This document shows positions 1-9,225 of a stretch of 64,000 nucleotides of DNA, piece after piece. The stretch is from Alphaproteobacteria bacterium (GTDB lineage: Bacteria > Pseudomonadota > Alphaproteobacteria > Micropepsales > Micropepsaceae), in assembly GCA_016792565.1 (NCBI GenBank), contig JAEUMK010000014.1, positions 34,968 through 98,967 on the forward strand, in the 5' to 3' direction. The notes beneath the pieces are model-generated. The model saw only the letters and a program-made list of their open reading frames with translations. It made no database searches and had not been told where the DNA came from. A program made the position numbers and the translations under genes. Numbering within the stretch: position 1 is the stretch's first letter; each line of letters starts with the position of its first letter.

Positions 1-135
1 GTGGGCGCCGTCGCGGGCCGCCTCGATCATCGCCAGCTGGTGGGGGCGCGCCGCCCAGCCGCGCCCGGCGAACCAGCCGGCGAAGCGCGGCGGGAGCAAA
101 GGATCGTCTGGAGCAAGGGGGCGCGGCCGCGTCAT
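1..135 (-). CDS. lhr: Ligase-associated DEXH-box helicase (Lhr-core type), N-terminal 45 codons only; runs off the left edge
   Basis: Hand translation from ATG at 135 (not in ORF track): MTRPRPLAPDDPLLPPRFAGWFAGRGWAARPHQLAMIEAARDGAH. The LP.RF..WF..RGW..R.HQL pattern is the typical N-terminus of this helicase family, and its usual partners (exonuclease, ligase) lie 2.3 kb away. Confidence 0.8.
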   Translation of the reverse strand, partial: MTRPRPLAPDDPLLPPRFAGWFAGRGWAARPHQLAMIEAARDGAH

Positions 136-143
136 CGGCGCGA

Positions 144-184
144 AGTGTAGCCGATGGCGCGGCCCGCCAGAACCGCAAGCGCAC
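144..184 (-). promoter_or_regulatory. Candidate sigma70 promoter for lhr with an overlapping LexA-like site
   Basis: Minus strand -10 TACACT (149-144), 17-nt spacer, -35 TTCTGG (172-167). GAAC-N7-GCAC at 170-184 is one mismatch from the alphaproteobacterial LexA box GAAC-N7-GAAC. Confidence 0.35.
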
Positions 185-222
185 GCCCGCCCGGCCGCTC
201 TGGGGGGAACGGCCGGACGGGC
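185..222. terminator. GC-rich stem-loop after the fasciclin stop; no clear U-tract
   Basis: CCGGCCG (191-197) pairs with CGGCCGG (210-216); outer GCCCG/CGGGC extends the stem. Confidence 0.4.
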
Positions 223-234
223 GGCTGACGGCGC

Positions 235-819
235 CTACATGGTGGGCATCAGCACCGTGTCGATGACATGGACGACGCCGTTCGCCTGCGCGACGTCGGC
301 GGTCTCGATGCCGGCGGCGTTGCCGGCGGCATCGACGACGACCCACTTGCCGTCCTTCTGCATGACGGTCAGCGTGCCGCCGGCGACGGTCGTAAGCTCG
401 GCCTTGCCGCCCATCTTTTCCGCCATCGCGGCGAGGTCGGCGGCAGCGTAGCTTCCGGCGACGACGTGATAGGTGAGGATACCGGTCAGCGTCGCCTTGT
501 TCTCCGGCTGCAGCAGCGTCTCGACGGTGCCGGCGGGGAGCTTTTCGAAAGCCGCATTGGTCGGCGCGAAGACGGTGAACGGGCCGTCGCCCATCAGCGT
601 CTCGACAAGGCCGGCCGCGCCCAGCGCCGCGACGAGCGTCGTCAGAGTCGCGGCCTTGGAAGCGTTCTCGGGGATCCGCTTATCGGCCATCATCGGCGCG
701 CCGCCGACTTCGACGGAGGCGGCCGTCTTGCCGTACGAGCCGGCGAGCGCCGGGCCGGCGAGGGCGATCATGCCGGCTGCAAAGACGGAGCCCATCAGGC
801 GGGCGATCGAGGGGTTCAT
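235..819 (-). CDS. Secreted fasciclin (FAS1) domain protein
   Basis: AGGAG RBS before ATG 819; signal peptide; FAS1 motifs [20 protein letters not shown] and [13 protein letters not shown]. Confidence 0.92.
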   Translation of the reverse strand: MNPSIARLMGSVFAAGMIALAGPALAGSYGKTAASVEVGGAPMMADKRIPENASKAATLTTLVAALGAAGLVETLMGDGPFTVFAPTNAAFEKLPAGTVETLLQPENKATLTGILTYHVVAGSYAAADLAAMAEKMGGKAELTTVAGGTLTVMQKDGKWVVVDAAGNAAGIETADVAQANGVVHVIDTVLMPTM

Positions 820-869
820 GTCATTCTCCTGGATGTTCATGCGCGTCCGGGGGCGAACGCGGCAGGAGC

Positions 870-893
870 TACGGCGCGCAGGCGGCGCGGATG
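870..893 (-). promoter_or_regulatory. Candidate ECF-sigma promoter CATCC-N15-CGTA for the fasciclin gene
   Basis: Minus strand CATCC (893-889), 15 nt, CGTA (873-870), about 50 nt before the ATG. Resembles SigK-type promoter elements as I recall them. Confidence 0.5.
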
Positions 894-964
894 TGGCCGG
901 GATGAGCAATTCGCCAGGCCGCCGAGTTTATTTGCAGCTCACGCAGCCGTGACGGCCTCGCATG

Positions 965-988
965 CATCCTTGCGCAGCGCAGGACGTA
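965..988 (+). promoter_or_regulatory. Second CATCC-N15-CGTA motif, facing the 3' end of the anti-sigma gene
   Basis: CATCC (965-969), 15 nt, CGTA (985-988) on the plus strand. Confidence 0.35.
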
Positions 989-1053
989 CATTTCGAGTTA
1001 TGCGTGCTATCCAGTGGTCGCACGCGGCGTTCCGGCAGCGTTCGGCGGCCGTG

Positions 1054-1803
1054 CTAGAGGCTCTGGATCGCGCCCTTGGCGACAGCAGGCCCGGTCGCTT
1101 TGCCGCCCGGCGCGCCGCCGGGCGGCTCCATGGTAATCGCGAGGAGCGCGCCGTGATGGGCCCGCTCCATGTGGGCCGGCGGGAAAGGCGCGCGCTGCAT
1201 GCCCTTGTCAGGCACCACGCCGAGCGAAATCGGCGCTTCGCCCTCGCCGATGATCCACAGCTCGGGCACCTGCGCGCCGGCGACAGGAGCCTTCATCGGC
1301 ATGACGGTAATCGTCGCCGAACCCTGGTCGATGACCGCCATATACATCGGATCGCCGACATCGGTCGCAATGGCCGCAACCATCGGCATGCCGGGCGGCG
1401 GCGGGGGCGGCGTGGCGGGACCGCCCGCCGGCATCACCAGCAGCGCCAGGGCGAGCGCGCCTGCAGCAAGAGTCGATGAGCCGAACGCCAGGCCGCGCCA
1501 CAGGCCGATGCTGTTCCAGAGGGATTGCGGCTTCTGCGGGACGGCACCCTGGGCCTGCGACTGCCAGCCGAGACGCCGCTCGACTTCGGCCCACAGATGC
1601 GGCGGCACCTCGGACGGCGAGATCGTCTCGCTGAGCGGCACCAGGCGGGCTTCCCAGGCCGCCACGAGCGCGGCAAAGCCGGCGTCGGCCTCCGCCCGCC
1701 GCGAGGCGGACGCGCGTGCATTGCTATCCTGCACGCCCAGAACGTATTCCGCGGCCTGAAGGTCGTCGGAACTGCCTGTCCAGTCGTCCATCGCGTCGCT
1801 CAT
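1054..1803 (-). CDS. Anti-sigma factor, RskA (anti-sigma K) family
   Basis: N-terminal AAEYVLG...W..RL.PL, WR..A transmembrane segment, C-terminal ELWII and LAITMEPPGG; ATGA overlap with the sigma stop. Confidence 0.88.
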   Translation of the reverse strand: MSDAMDDWTGSSDDLQAAEYVLGVQDSNARASASRRAEADAGFAALVAAWEARLVPLSETISPSEVPPHLWAEVERRLGWQSQAQGAVPQKPQSLWNSIGLWRGLAFGSSTLAAGALALALLVMPAGGPATPPPPPPGMPMVAAIATDVGDPMYMAVIDQGSATITVMPMKAPVAGAQVPELWIIGEGEAPISLGVVPDKGMQRAPFPPAHMERAHHGALLAITMEPPGGAPGGKATGPAVAKGAIQSL

Positions 1804-2360
1804 CGCCCAACACACTCCTTGAGCGCGCTGAGGCCCCTGCGGATCCAGGTTTTCATCGTGCCCAGCGGCACGCCATCCTTCTCCGCCAGCGCCGCATAGG
1901 TGTGTCCGCCGAAGAACGCGCTGGAAATCGCGCCGCGCGTCCTAGGCTCAAGAATTTCCAGGCAGCCCCGCAACTTAGCGTACTCCTGAGACTGCTCAAG
2001 ACCGGCCTGTGCGTCCGGGGTCTCGTCGGCGATGTCGAAGCCCTCGGGCAGGGCGTCCGCGGGGCGGCGCTTCAAGGCGCGCAGGCGGTCGATCGCCCGA
2101 TTGCGTGCGATCGCCGCCAGCCAAGTCATCGGGCTCGCCAGACGCGGATCGAAGGCATGCGCCTTGTCCCATACCGTAATGTAAACCTCCTGCAGCACGT
2201 CTTCGGCCTCTTCCCTCTGAGGCAAGATACGAAGGCACACGCCCAAAAGTTTCGCGGAGGTTCGCCGGTAGATCTCCCGCAGGGCCGCGCGGTCCCGCGC
2301 CGCCGCGTGCCGCAGAAGGCTGGCGAGCTCGTCGCGGGCTTCGGTCTGGGCGTCAGCCAT
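1800..2360 (-). CDS. ECF RNA polymerase sigma factor (SigK-like)
   Basis: Region 2 AEDVLQEVYITVW...WLAAIARNRAIDRLR; region 4 GVPLGTMKTWIRRGL. Confidence 0.93.
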   Translation of the reverse strand: MADAQTEARDELASLLRHAAARDRAALREIYRRTSAKLLGVCLRILPQREEAEDVLQEVYITVWDKAHAFDPRLASPMTWLAAIARNRAIDRLRALKRRPADALPEGFDIADETPDAQAGLEQSQEYAKLRGCLEILEPRTRGAISSAFFGGHTYAALAEKDGVPLGTMKTWIRRGLSALKECVGR

Positions 2361-2484
2361 GGCGTCGGTCAAGCGGCAGGCGCACGGTCATAAACATCGC
2401 ATACAAGATTCGCGCGCCCGCCGCGAGGTTCGCGTTCGCGCCCCGCACAACCTATCTTCCCCCGAAGGCGTTCCCCATACGGTC

Positions 2485-3534
2485 ATGATCATTCGGCCCG
2501 AAACCCTGCTGCGCCCCGTTCCGGGCGGGCTCTACTGCCCGGCGGGGGATTTCTGGATCGATCCGACCCGCCCGGTCGCCCGGGCGGTCATTACCCATGG
2601 CCATGCCGATCATGCCCGGGCCGGGCACGGCGCCGTCCTAGCGACCAAGGAGACGCTCGCCATCATGGCGGCGCGCTACGGCGCCCGCTTCGCCGGGTCG
2701 ATGCAGGCCCTGGCCTATGGCGAGCGCGCCGCCATCGGTGGCATCGACGTGCGCCTGGTCCCGGCCGGGCATGTGCTGGGCAGCGCCCAGGCGGTGGTGG
2801 AGAAGGGCGGAGCGCGGGTCGTCGTCTCGGGCGACTTCAAGCGGCGGCGCGACCCGACCTGCACCGCCTTCGAGCCGGTCGCCTGCGACATTTTCATCAG
2901 CGAGGCGACCTTCGGCCTGCCGGTCTTCCGCCACCCGCCCGATGCCGGCGAGATCGCCAAGCTGCTGCTGTCGCTCTCGACGTTTCCAGATCGCTGCCAC
3001 CTGGTCGGGGCCTATTCGCTCGGCAAGGCGCAGCGCGTGATCGCGTTGCTGCGCGAGACGGGCTACGACGCGCCGATCTATCTGCACGGCGCGATGCAGA
3101 AGCTCTGCGACCTTTACGAGGCGCTCGGCGTCGGGCTGGGCGATCTGCGTCCGGCGCAGGAGATGATGAAGACGCCGCTGACCCGCGAAGTCTTCAAGGG
3201 AGCGATCGTGATCGCCCCGCCATCGTCGCTCAACGACATCTGGTCGCGGCGGCTGGGCGATGTGGTGACCTGCTTCGCGAGCGGCTGGATGCGGGTCCGC
3301 GCCCGCGCCCGCCAGAGACAGGTCGAACTGCCGCTGATCCTCTCCGACCACGCGGACTGGGACGAACTGACGGCGACGGTCGCCGAACTGAAACCGGGAC
3401 AGCTCTGGGTCACGCACGGCGCTGAAGAGGCGCTGGTGCATTGGGCGCAGACGAACGGCGTGCCGGCGCGGGCGCTCAGTCTCGTCGGCTATGACGAGGA
3501 CGGAGCGGGCGAGCGCGACGAGGCCGAGGCATGA
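2485..3534 (+). CDS. Ligase-associated DNA damage response exonuclease (MBL/beta-CASP)
   Basis: WIDPTRPVARAVITHGHADH, AGHVLGSAQ, SDHADW motifs; ATGA-coupled to the ligase. Confidence 0.92.
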   Translation: MIIRPETLLRPVPGGLYCPAGDFWIDPTRPVARAVITHGHADHARAGHGAVLATKETLAIMAARYGARFAGSMQALAYGERAAIGGIDVRLVPAGHVLGSAQAVVEKGGARVVVSGDFKRRRDPTCTAFEPVACDIFISEATFGLPVFRHPPDAGEIAKLLLSLSTFPDRCHLVGAYSLGKAQRVIALLRETGYDAPIYLHGAMQKLCDLYEALGVGLGDLRPAQEMMKTPLTREVFKGAIVIAPPSSLNDIWSRRLGDVVTCFASGWMRVRARARQRQVELPLILSDHADWDELTATVAELKPGQLWVTHGAEEALVHWAQTNGVPARALSLVGYDEDGAGERDEAEA

Positions 3535-5108
3535 ACCGCTTCGCCGCGCTGCTCGATCGCCTGGTCTATGCGCCCCAGCGCACCGTGAAGCTGCGGGCGA
3601 TCGAGCGCTACCTGCGCGACACGCCCGATCCCGACCGGGGTTATGCGCTTGCGGCGCTGACCGGCAGCCTCTCGTTCAAGCACGCCAAGGCGGGACTGAT
3701 CCGCACCCTCGCCGAAGCGCGCGTCGATCCGGTGCTGTTCCGCCTGTCCTACGACTATGTCGGAGACCTGGCGGAAACCGTCGCGCTGATCTGGCCGCAG
3801 CGCCGCGGCGCCAATCGCGCACCCGAACTCAGCGAGATCGTCGCCGGGCTGGAGGCGGCCTCGAAGGCCGAACTGCCCGGTCTGGTCGAAGGCTGGCTCG
3901 ATGCGCTGGACGCCGACGGGCGCTGGGCCCTGATCAAGCTGATGACCGGATCTCTTCGCGTCGGCGTCTCGGGGCGGCTCGCCAAGACGGCGGCCGCGGC
4001 GATCGGCGGCGTCGAACCGGACGAGATCGAACTGGTCTGGCCGGGCCTCCATCCTCCGTACACGGAGCTGTTCGCCTGGCTTGAGGGACGCTCGGAGCGT
4101 CCCCGCGGGATCGCGCGAGCCCCGTTCCGCCCCGTCATGCTGGCGCATGCGCTCGAGGAGCGCGATCTCGCCGTCCTGAAGCCCGGCGACTTCGCAGCCG
4201 AGTGGAAATGGGACGGCATCCGAGTCCAGGCGGTGAGCGACCGCGGCGAGGCGCGACTCTATACGCGCACCGGCGAGGACATCTCGGCCGCCTTTCCCGA
4301 TGTTGTCGGTCTGCTGGGGGGAGACGCGTCTATCGATGGCGAGTTGCTGGTGTTCCGCGACGGCGAACCGGCGAGCTTCAATGACCTGCAGCAGCGCCTG
4401 AATCGCAAGACGGTCACAAAGGCGGTGCTTCAGGACTATCCGGCCGGTATCCGCGCCTACGACATCCTGCATCTGGACGGGACGGACCTGCGGCCGCTGC
4501 CGTACCGCGCACGGCGGGCGCGGCTGGAAGACCTGCTTGGCGACGGCCGCGAACGCCTCGACCTGTCGCCGCTGGTGCCGGTGTCTGGCTGGGAGGATCT
4601 GCAGCGCCTGCGCGCGAACCCGCCATCGGCCGCCGCCGAGGGACTGATGCTGAAGCGCTGGGAGTCGTCCTATCTGCCGGGCCGGGTGCGCGGCGAATGG
4701 TTCAAGTGGAAGCGCGACCCGCGTCTCGTCGATGCGGTGCTGATGTACGCCCAGCGCGGCCACGGCAAGCGCTCGTCGTACTACTCCGACTACACGTTCG
4801 GCGTCTGGCGCGGCGAGGAGCTGGTTCCGGTCGGCAAGGCCTATTTCGGCTTCACCGACGAGGAACTGAAGGAGATCGACCGCTTCGTGCGCGCCAATAC
4901 GGTGAACAGCTTCGGACCGGTGCGCGAGGTGGCGCATACGCGCGACCTCGGCCTGGTGCTGGAGGTCGCGTTCGAAGGGCTTGCTCGTTCGCCGCGGCAC
5001 AAGAGCGGCGTCGCGATGCGTTTCCCGCGGATCAGCCGACTGCGTTGGGACAAGCCGCCCAAGGACGCCGACAGACTGGAGACGCTGGAGGCGATGCTGC
5101 CGGGCTGA
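3531..5108 (+). CDS. ATP-dependent DNA ligase (ligase-associated DNA damage response type)
   Basis: Motif I EWKWDG, EGLMLK, WFKWKRDP, C-terminal OB-fold SGVAMRFPRI. Confidence 0.95.
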   Translation: MNRFAALLDRLVYAPQRTVKLRAIERYLRDTPDPDRGYALAALTGSLSFKHAKAGLIRTLAEARVDPVLFRLSYDYVGDLAETVALIWPQRRGANRAPELSEIVAGLEAASKAELPGLVEGWLDALDADGRWALIKLMTGSLRVGVSGRLAKTAAAAIGGVEPDEIELVWPGLHPPYTELFAWLEGRSERPRGIARAPFRPVMLAHALEERDLAVLKPGDFAAEWKWDGIRVQAVSDRGEARLYTRTGEDISAAFPDVVGLLGGDASIDGELLVFRDGEPASFNDLQQRLNRKTVTKAVLQDYPAGIRAYDILHLDGTDLRPLPYRARRARLEDLLGDGRERLDLSPLVPVSGWEDLQRLRANPPSAAAEGLMLKRWESSYLPGRVRGEWFKWKRDPRLVDAVLMYAQRGHGKRSSYYSDYTFGVWRGEELVPVGKAYFGFTDEELKEIDRFVRANTVNSFGPVREVAHTRDLGLVLEVAFEGLARSPRHKSGVAMRFPRISRLRWDKPPKDADRLETLEAMLPG

Positions 5109-5186
5109 AGCCGCGCGAGACCGACCGTTGCCCTCGGCGATGACCCGCGTCATGCTTGCCCCAAAGTACATAGGGAGAAGCGCGAC

Positions 5187-6065
5187 GTGTTCAAGGAAGG
5201 TCTGCTGAAGGGCAAGAAGATCCTCGTCACCGGCGGCGGTACGGGCCTCGGCAAGGAGATGGCGAGCGCCTATGCGCGGCTCGGCGCCGAGACGGTGATC
5301 TGCGGACGGCGCCTCGGCGTGCTGCAGGAGACTGCGAAGGAGATCGAAGGCGAGACGGGGAGCCGTTGCACCCCGATCGCCTGCGACATCCGGGTCGCCG
5401 AGGCCATCGAGGACATGGTGACCCGCGTCTGGAACGAGGGCCCGCTGACCGGCCTCGTCAACAACGCGGCGGGCAACTTCATCTCGCGCACCAAGGATCT
5501 CTCGCCGCGCGGTTTCGACGCGATCGCCAACATCGTCTTTCACGGCACGTTCTACATGACGCTGGCGGTCGGCAAGCGCTGGATCGCCGACGGCTCGAAG
5601 GGTTCCATCGTCAACATCCTCACGACCTGGGTGTGGAACGGCTCGCCCTACACCGTGCCCTCGGCGATGTCGAAGGCGGGTGTCAACGTGATGGGCCAGA
5701 GCCTGGCGGTCGAGTGGGGTCCGCACGGCATCCGCGTGAATTCCATCTGTCCCGGCGCCTTCCCCACCGAAGGCATGTCGGCCCGGCTGAATCCGGGCCA
5801 GGGCGCCAAGGCCTATAGCGACATGAGCGCCAATCCGCTCGGCCGCGTCGGCCAGATGGAGGAACTCACCAACCTCGCGACCTTCCTGATGGCCGATGGC
5901 TGCGAGTATCTGACCGGACAGACGATCGCCATCGACGGCGCGCAGTACCAGGCGAGCGGCGGCAATTTCTCGCGCATGGCGAGCCTCACCGACGCCGACT
6001 GGGAGAACATTCGCGGCATGATCAAGGCGACCAACGACAAGGACAAGGCCAGGCGCGCCGTGTGA
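5187..6065 (+). CDS. SDR oxidoreductase, 2,4-dienoyl-CoA reductase-like
   Basis: GTG start after GGGAG; TGGGTGLG, NNAAGNF, SAMSKAG, AVEWG. Confidence 0.85.
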   Translation: MFKEGLLKGKKILVTGGGTGLGKEMASAYARLGAETVICGRRLGVLQETAKEIEGETGSRCTPIACDIRVAEAIEDMVTRVWNEGPLTGLVNNAAGNFISRTKDLSPRGFDAIANIVFHGTFYMTLAVGKRWIADGSKGSIVNILTTWVWNGSPYTVPSAMSKAGVNVMGQSLAVEWGPHGIRVNSICPGAFPTEGMSARLNPGQGAKAYSDMSANPLGRVGQMEELTNLATFLMADGCEYLTGQTIAIDGAQYQASGGNFSRMASLTDADWENIRGMIKATNDKDKARRAV

Positions 6066-6148
6066 TGACGCTAGGGGAGTGTTGACCGCGTCGCGCGCGC
6101 TGCATATGCCGGACGCGCATCGGCAACTCCACATTACGGAAAGCGGAC

Positions 6149-7114
6149 ATGAACGCGCTCGATATCGAAGGCGTCCGGCACGACTGGACGCGTGCCGAAG
6201 TGCTGGCGCTGTTCGACCGGCCGCTCATGGATCTTCTGTTCGAGGCGCAGGCCGTGCACCGGCGCTTCCATACCGCGAACGAGGTGCAGCTCTCGCAGCT
6301 CCTCTCGATCAAGACCGGCGGCTGCGCCGAGGACTGCGCCTATTGTCCGCAGGCCCAGAAATTCGCCGCCGAGACCGGCCTGAAGGCCTCAAAGCTCATG
6401 GGCCTCGACGCGGTGCTGGAGGCGGCTCGCGCCGCCAAGGCCGCCGGCGCCTCGCGTTTCTGCATGGGCGCCGCGTGGACGCGGCCCAAGGACCGCGATC
6501 TCGACGACATCGTGGAGATGGTGGAGGGCGTAGGCGCACTCGGTCTGCAGACCTGCATGACGCTGGGCATGCTGGAGGACTACCAAGCCAAGCGCCTCGC
6601 GGATGCAGGGCTCGACTACTACAATCACAACCTCGACACCTCGCCGGAATACTATAGGGACATCATCACCACCCGCACTTTCGAGGAACGGCTGGAGACC
6701 CTGGAGAATGTGCGCTCGGCCGGCATCAATGTCTGCTCGGGCGGTATCGTAGGCATGGGCGAAAGCCGCACAGACCGGGCCGGCATGATCGTCGCGCTGG
6801 CGACGCTGCCGCAGCACCCTCAGTCCGTCCCGATCAACCGCCTCGTGCGGGTGAAAGGGACACCGCTCGCCGAGGTGAAGGAGATCGACGGGCTGGAGTT
6901 CGTGCGAACTATCGCGGTTGCGCGCATCACCATGCCGCGCTCGGTCGTGCGGCTGTCGGCCGGGCGAGAGACGATGAGCGACGAGCTCCAGGCGCTCTGC
7001 TTCATGGCAGGTGCGGCTTCGATCTTCCGTGGCGAGAAGCTGCTGACGACAGCAAACCCCGGAGAGGATCGCGACCGGGCGCTGTTCGAAAAGCTCGGCC
7101 TTTCGCCGGCCTGA
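6149..7114 (+). CDS. bioB: Biotin synthase
   Basis: Radical-SAM [29 protein letters not shown]. Confidence 0.97.
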   Translation: MNALDIEGVRHDWTRAEVLALFDRPLMDLLFEAQAVHRRFHTANEVQLSQLLSIKTGGCAEDCAYCPQAQKFAAETGLKASKLMGLDAVLEAARAAKAAGASRFCMGAAWTRPKDRDLDDIVEMVEGVGALGLQTCMTLGMLEDYQAKRLADAGLDYYNHNLDTSPEYYRDIITTRTFEERLETLENVRSAGINVCSGGIVGMGESRTDRAGMIVALATLPQHPQSVPINRLVRVKGTPLAEVKEIDGLEFVRTIAVARITMPRSVVRLSAGRETMSDELQALCFMAGAASIFRGEKLLTTANPGEDRDRALFEKLGLSPA

Positions 7115-7129
7115 GGCCGGACCTGGCGT

Positions 7130-8257
7130 TCAGGGAAACGCGTCGTCGTCCTTATCCGGCGGCGGCTCCATTTCGAGATAGAGCGAACTCTCCAGATACT
7201 TGTCGATCAGGAATCGGCAGAGCACCGCGATGATCGCGGCGAGCGGCACGGCGAGCAGCAGGCCGACAAAGCCGAAGAGATAGCCGAAGGCGAAAAGGGC
7301 GAACATCAGCCAGACGGGATGGACGCCTGTGGCCTCGCCTACGATCTTCGGCGCGATGACGTAGCCTTCGAAAACCTGACCGAAAACGAAGACGCCGAGA
7401 GTGAGCGCGATCATCCACCATTCCGGCCAGAACTGGACGAGGGCGACTGCTCCGGAAACCATGAACCCGGTTACTGCGCCCACCAGCGGGATGAAGCTGA
7501 GCAGGCCCGCTCCGATGCCGATGACGATGCCGTAGTTGAGTCCGATGAGGAACAGCGCGACCGCATAGAACGACGCGAGCATCAGCACGACCGCGGTCTG
7601 ACCGCGCAGGAAGCCGCCGATCGCGTGGTCCATCTCGCGCCAGAGCCGGCGCACGGTGTCGTCATGGCGGCGCGGAAGCCAGCCATCGATCGTTTGCGTG
7701 AAGCGCGGCCAGTCGATCAACAGATAAAAGGCGATGATCGGCGTCACGACGACGAGCATGAAGGCGTTCATGATCGCCTCGCCGCCCGACCAGATGGAGG
7801 CGAGGATCTCGCCCAGCCAGCCGCCGGCCGAACGCACCATGTCGGCGATCGCGGTCTGGACCTCTCCAACCGCCTCAGGTCCGCCGATCCGCTCGATCAG
7901 CGGCGCGCCCTGCTCGGCGGCGAAGGCCTGCAGGCTGCGGATCACCTGCGGCAAGCTGGCGATCAGCTCGGTCAGCTGGTTGGCGAGGAACGGCACCATC
8001 AGCGTCGCGAGGATGGCGAAGAGGAGGATGATGGCGCCCGAGACAAGCAGAGCCGCCCCGGTGCGGCCGATGCGCAGCCGCTCCAGCCGCGTGGTCAGCG
8101 GATTCAGCAGATAGGCGAGAATGAGCCCCAGGACGAACGGAAGCAGGATGTCGCTGAGGACGTAGAGGAACAGAAAGACGACCAGCACGGCGCCGGCCCA
8201 GAACCAGGCCTGCTGGCGCAACGTCATTACCGCATGCCGCTCGTCGCCGTCGCTCAT
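7130..8257 (-). CDS. AI-2E family (PerM-like) transporter
   Basis: Multiple hydrophobic helices; PFVLG..LAYLLNP, FLRGQ, EG....PKIVG...GVHP motifs. Confidence 0.9.
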   Translation of the reverse strand: MSDGDERHAVMTLRQQAWFWAGAVLVVFLFLYVLSDILLPFVLGLILAYLLNPLTTRLERLRIGRTGAALLVSGAIILLFAILATLMVPFLANQLTELIASLPQVIRSLQAFAAEQGAPLIERIGGPEAVGEVQTAIADMVRSAGGWLGEILASIWSGGEAIMNAFMLVVVTPIIAFYLLIDWPRFTQTIDGWLPRRHDDTVRRLWREMDHAIGGFLRGQTAVVLMLASFYAVALFLIGLNYGIVIGIGAGLLSFIPLVGAVTGFMVSGAVALVQFWPEWWMIALTLGVFVFGQVFEGYVIAPKIVGEATGVHPVWLMFALFAFGYLFGFVGLLLAVPLAAIIAVLCRFLIDKYLESSLYLEMEPPPDKDDDAFP

Positions 8258-9225
8258 GGGGTCACCACTACCTTGCCGATGACCTTGCGCTCCTGGAGCA
8301 TCCGCATCGCCTCAACCGCCCGCTCCAGCGGAAAGGTGGCGAAGACATGAGGGCGGATGATGCCTTCCTCGGCCAGCTGGTCGATGGCTTCCAGGTTCTC
8401 GCGCCCGCGTGCCGGGAACCGGCGGCCATACTCGCCGGCTCTAACGCCGACCACGGAGAAGCCCTTGATGAGCGGCATATTCACGCTGATCTCCGGGATG
8501 CGACCGGAGGTGAACCCGATCACCAGAAGCCGCCCGTCGAAGGCGATGCAGCGCACCGACTCGTCGAAGACGTCGCCGCCGACGGGATCGTAGATCACAT
8601 CGGCGCCGAGGCCGCCGGTGAAATCCTTCACCGCCTCACGGAAGCCTGTGGACGGCAGCACCAGATGCGCGCCGCGCGCGGCGAGGAAGGCACGCTTCTC
8701 CTCGCTGGAGGCGGTGGCGATCACCCTCGCCCCGAAGGCAAGACCGAGATCGACCGCGGCGAGGCCGACGCCGCCTGCCGCGCCGTGCACCAGAAGCGTC
8801 TCGCCGGTCTCGATCGCGGCTCGGCGGACGAGCGCGACATAGGCCGTGAGATAGGCCGCCGGAAAGGCTGCGGCGGCGGAGAAATCCATGCCCTTGGGTA
8901 TCGCCCGCAGCGCGCTCTCTGCGGCGACGGCCTCCTCGGCGAAACCGCCGGTGCGCAGCCCGCCGACCACCCGGTCGCCCGCCCTGAACCGCGTGACGCC
9001 TTCGCCAACCGCCACCACCTCGCCCGCCCCTTCCATGCCGGGCGTGAAGGGCAGCGGCGGCTTGTGCTGGTACTTGCCCTGGATCATCAGGATGTCGGGG
9101 AAGTTGACCGACGCGGCGCGGATGCGCAGCCTGACCTCCCCGGGGCCGGGTTCGCGGACCGGGAGGTCCTCGACTCGGACGGTCGAGATGTCTTCGGAGA
9201 TGGCGCGGCAGACCAGCGCCTTCAT
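8254..9225 (-). CDS. NADPH:quinone oxidoreductase family (zinc-independent MDR)
   Basis: Start MKALVC at 9225; SVNFPD, PFTPGMEGAG, HGAAGGVG, IGKVVV. Confidence 0.92.
   Translation of the reverse strand: MKALVCRAISEDISTVRVEDLPVREPGPGEVRLRIRAASVNFPDILMIQGKYQHKPPLPFTPGMEGAGEVVAVGEGVTRFRAGDRVVGGLRTGGFAEEAVAAESALRAIPKGMDFSAAAAFPAAYLTAYVALVRRAAIETGETLLVHGAAGGVGLAAVDLGLAFGARVIATASSEEKRAFLAARGAHLVLPSTGFREAVKDFTGGLGADVIYDPVGGDVFDESVRCIAFDGRLLVIGFTSGRIPEISVNMPLIKGFSVVGVRAGEYGRRFPARGRENLEAIDQLAEEGIIRPHVFATFPLERAVEAMRMLQERKVIGKVVVTP

Noticed and set aside
3489-6134. Long antisense or alternate-frame ORFs (also 16976..18760, 26809..28851, 29373..31073, 49124..50941, 42721..44226)
   Set aside because: They overlap clearly recognisable genes and are the stop-poor shadows expected in very GC-rich DNA.
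6066-6148. BioR/BirA operator upstream of bioB
   Set aside because: Only a TTGACC -35-like hexamer is visible; no TTAT-N2-ATAA-type palindrome.
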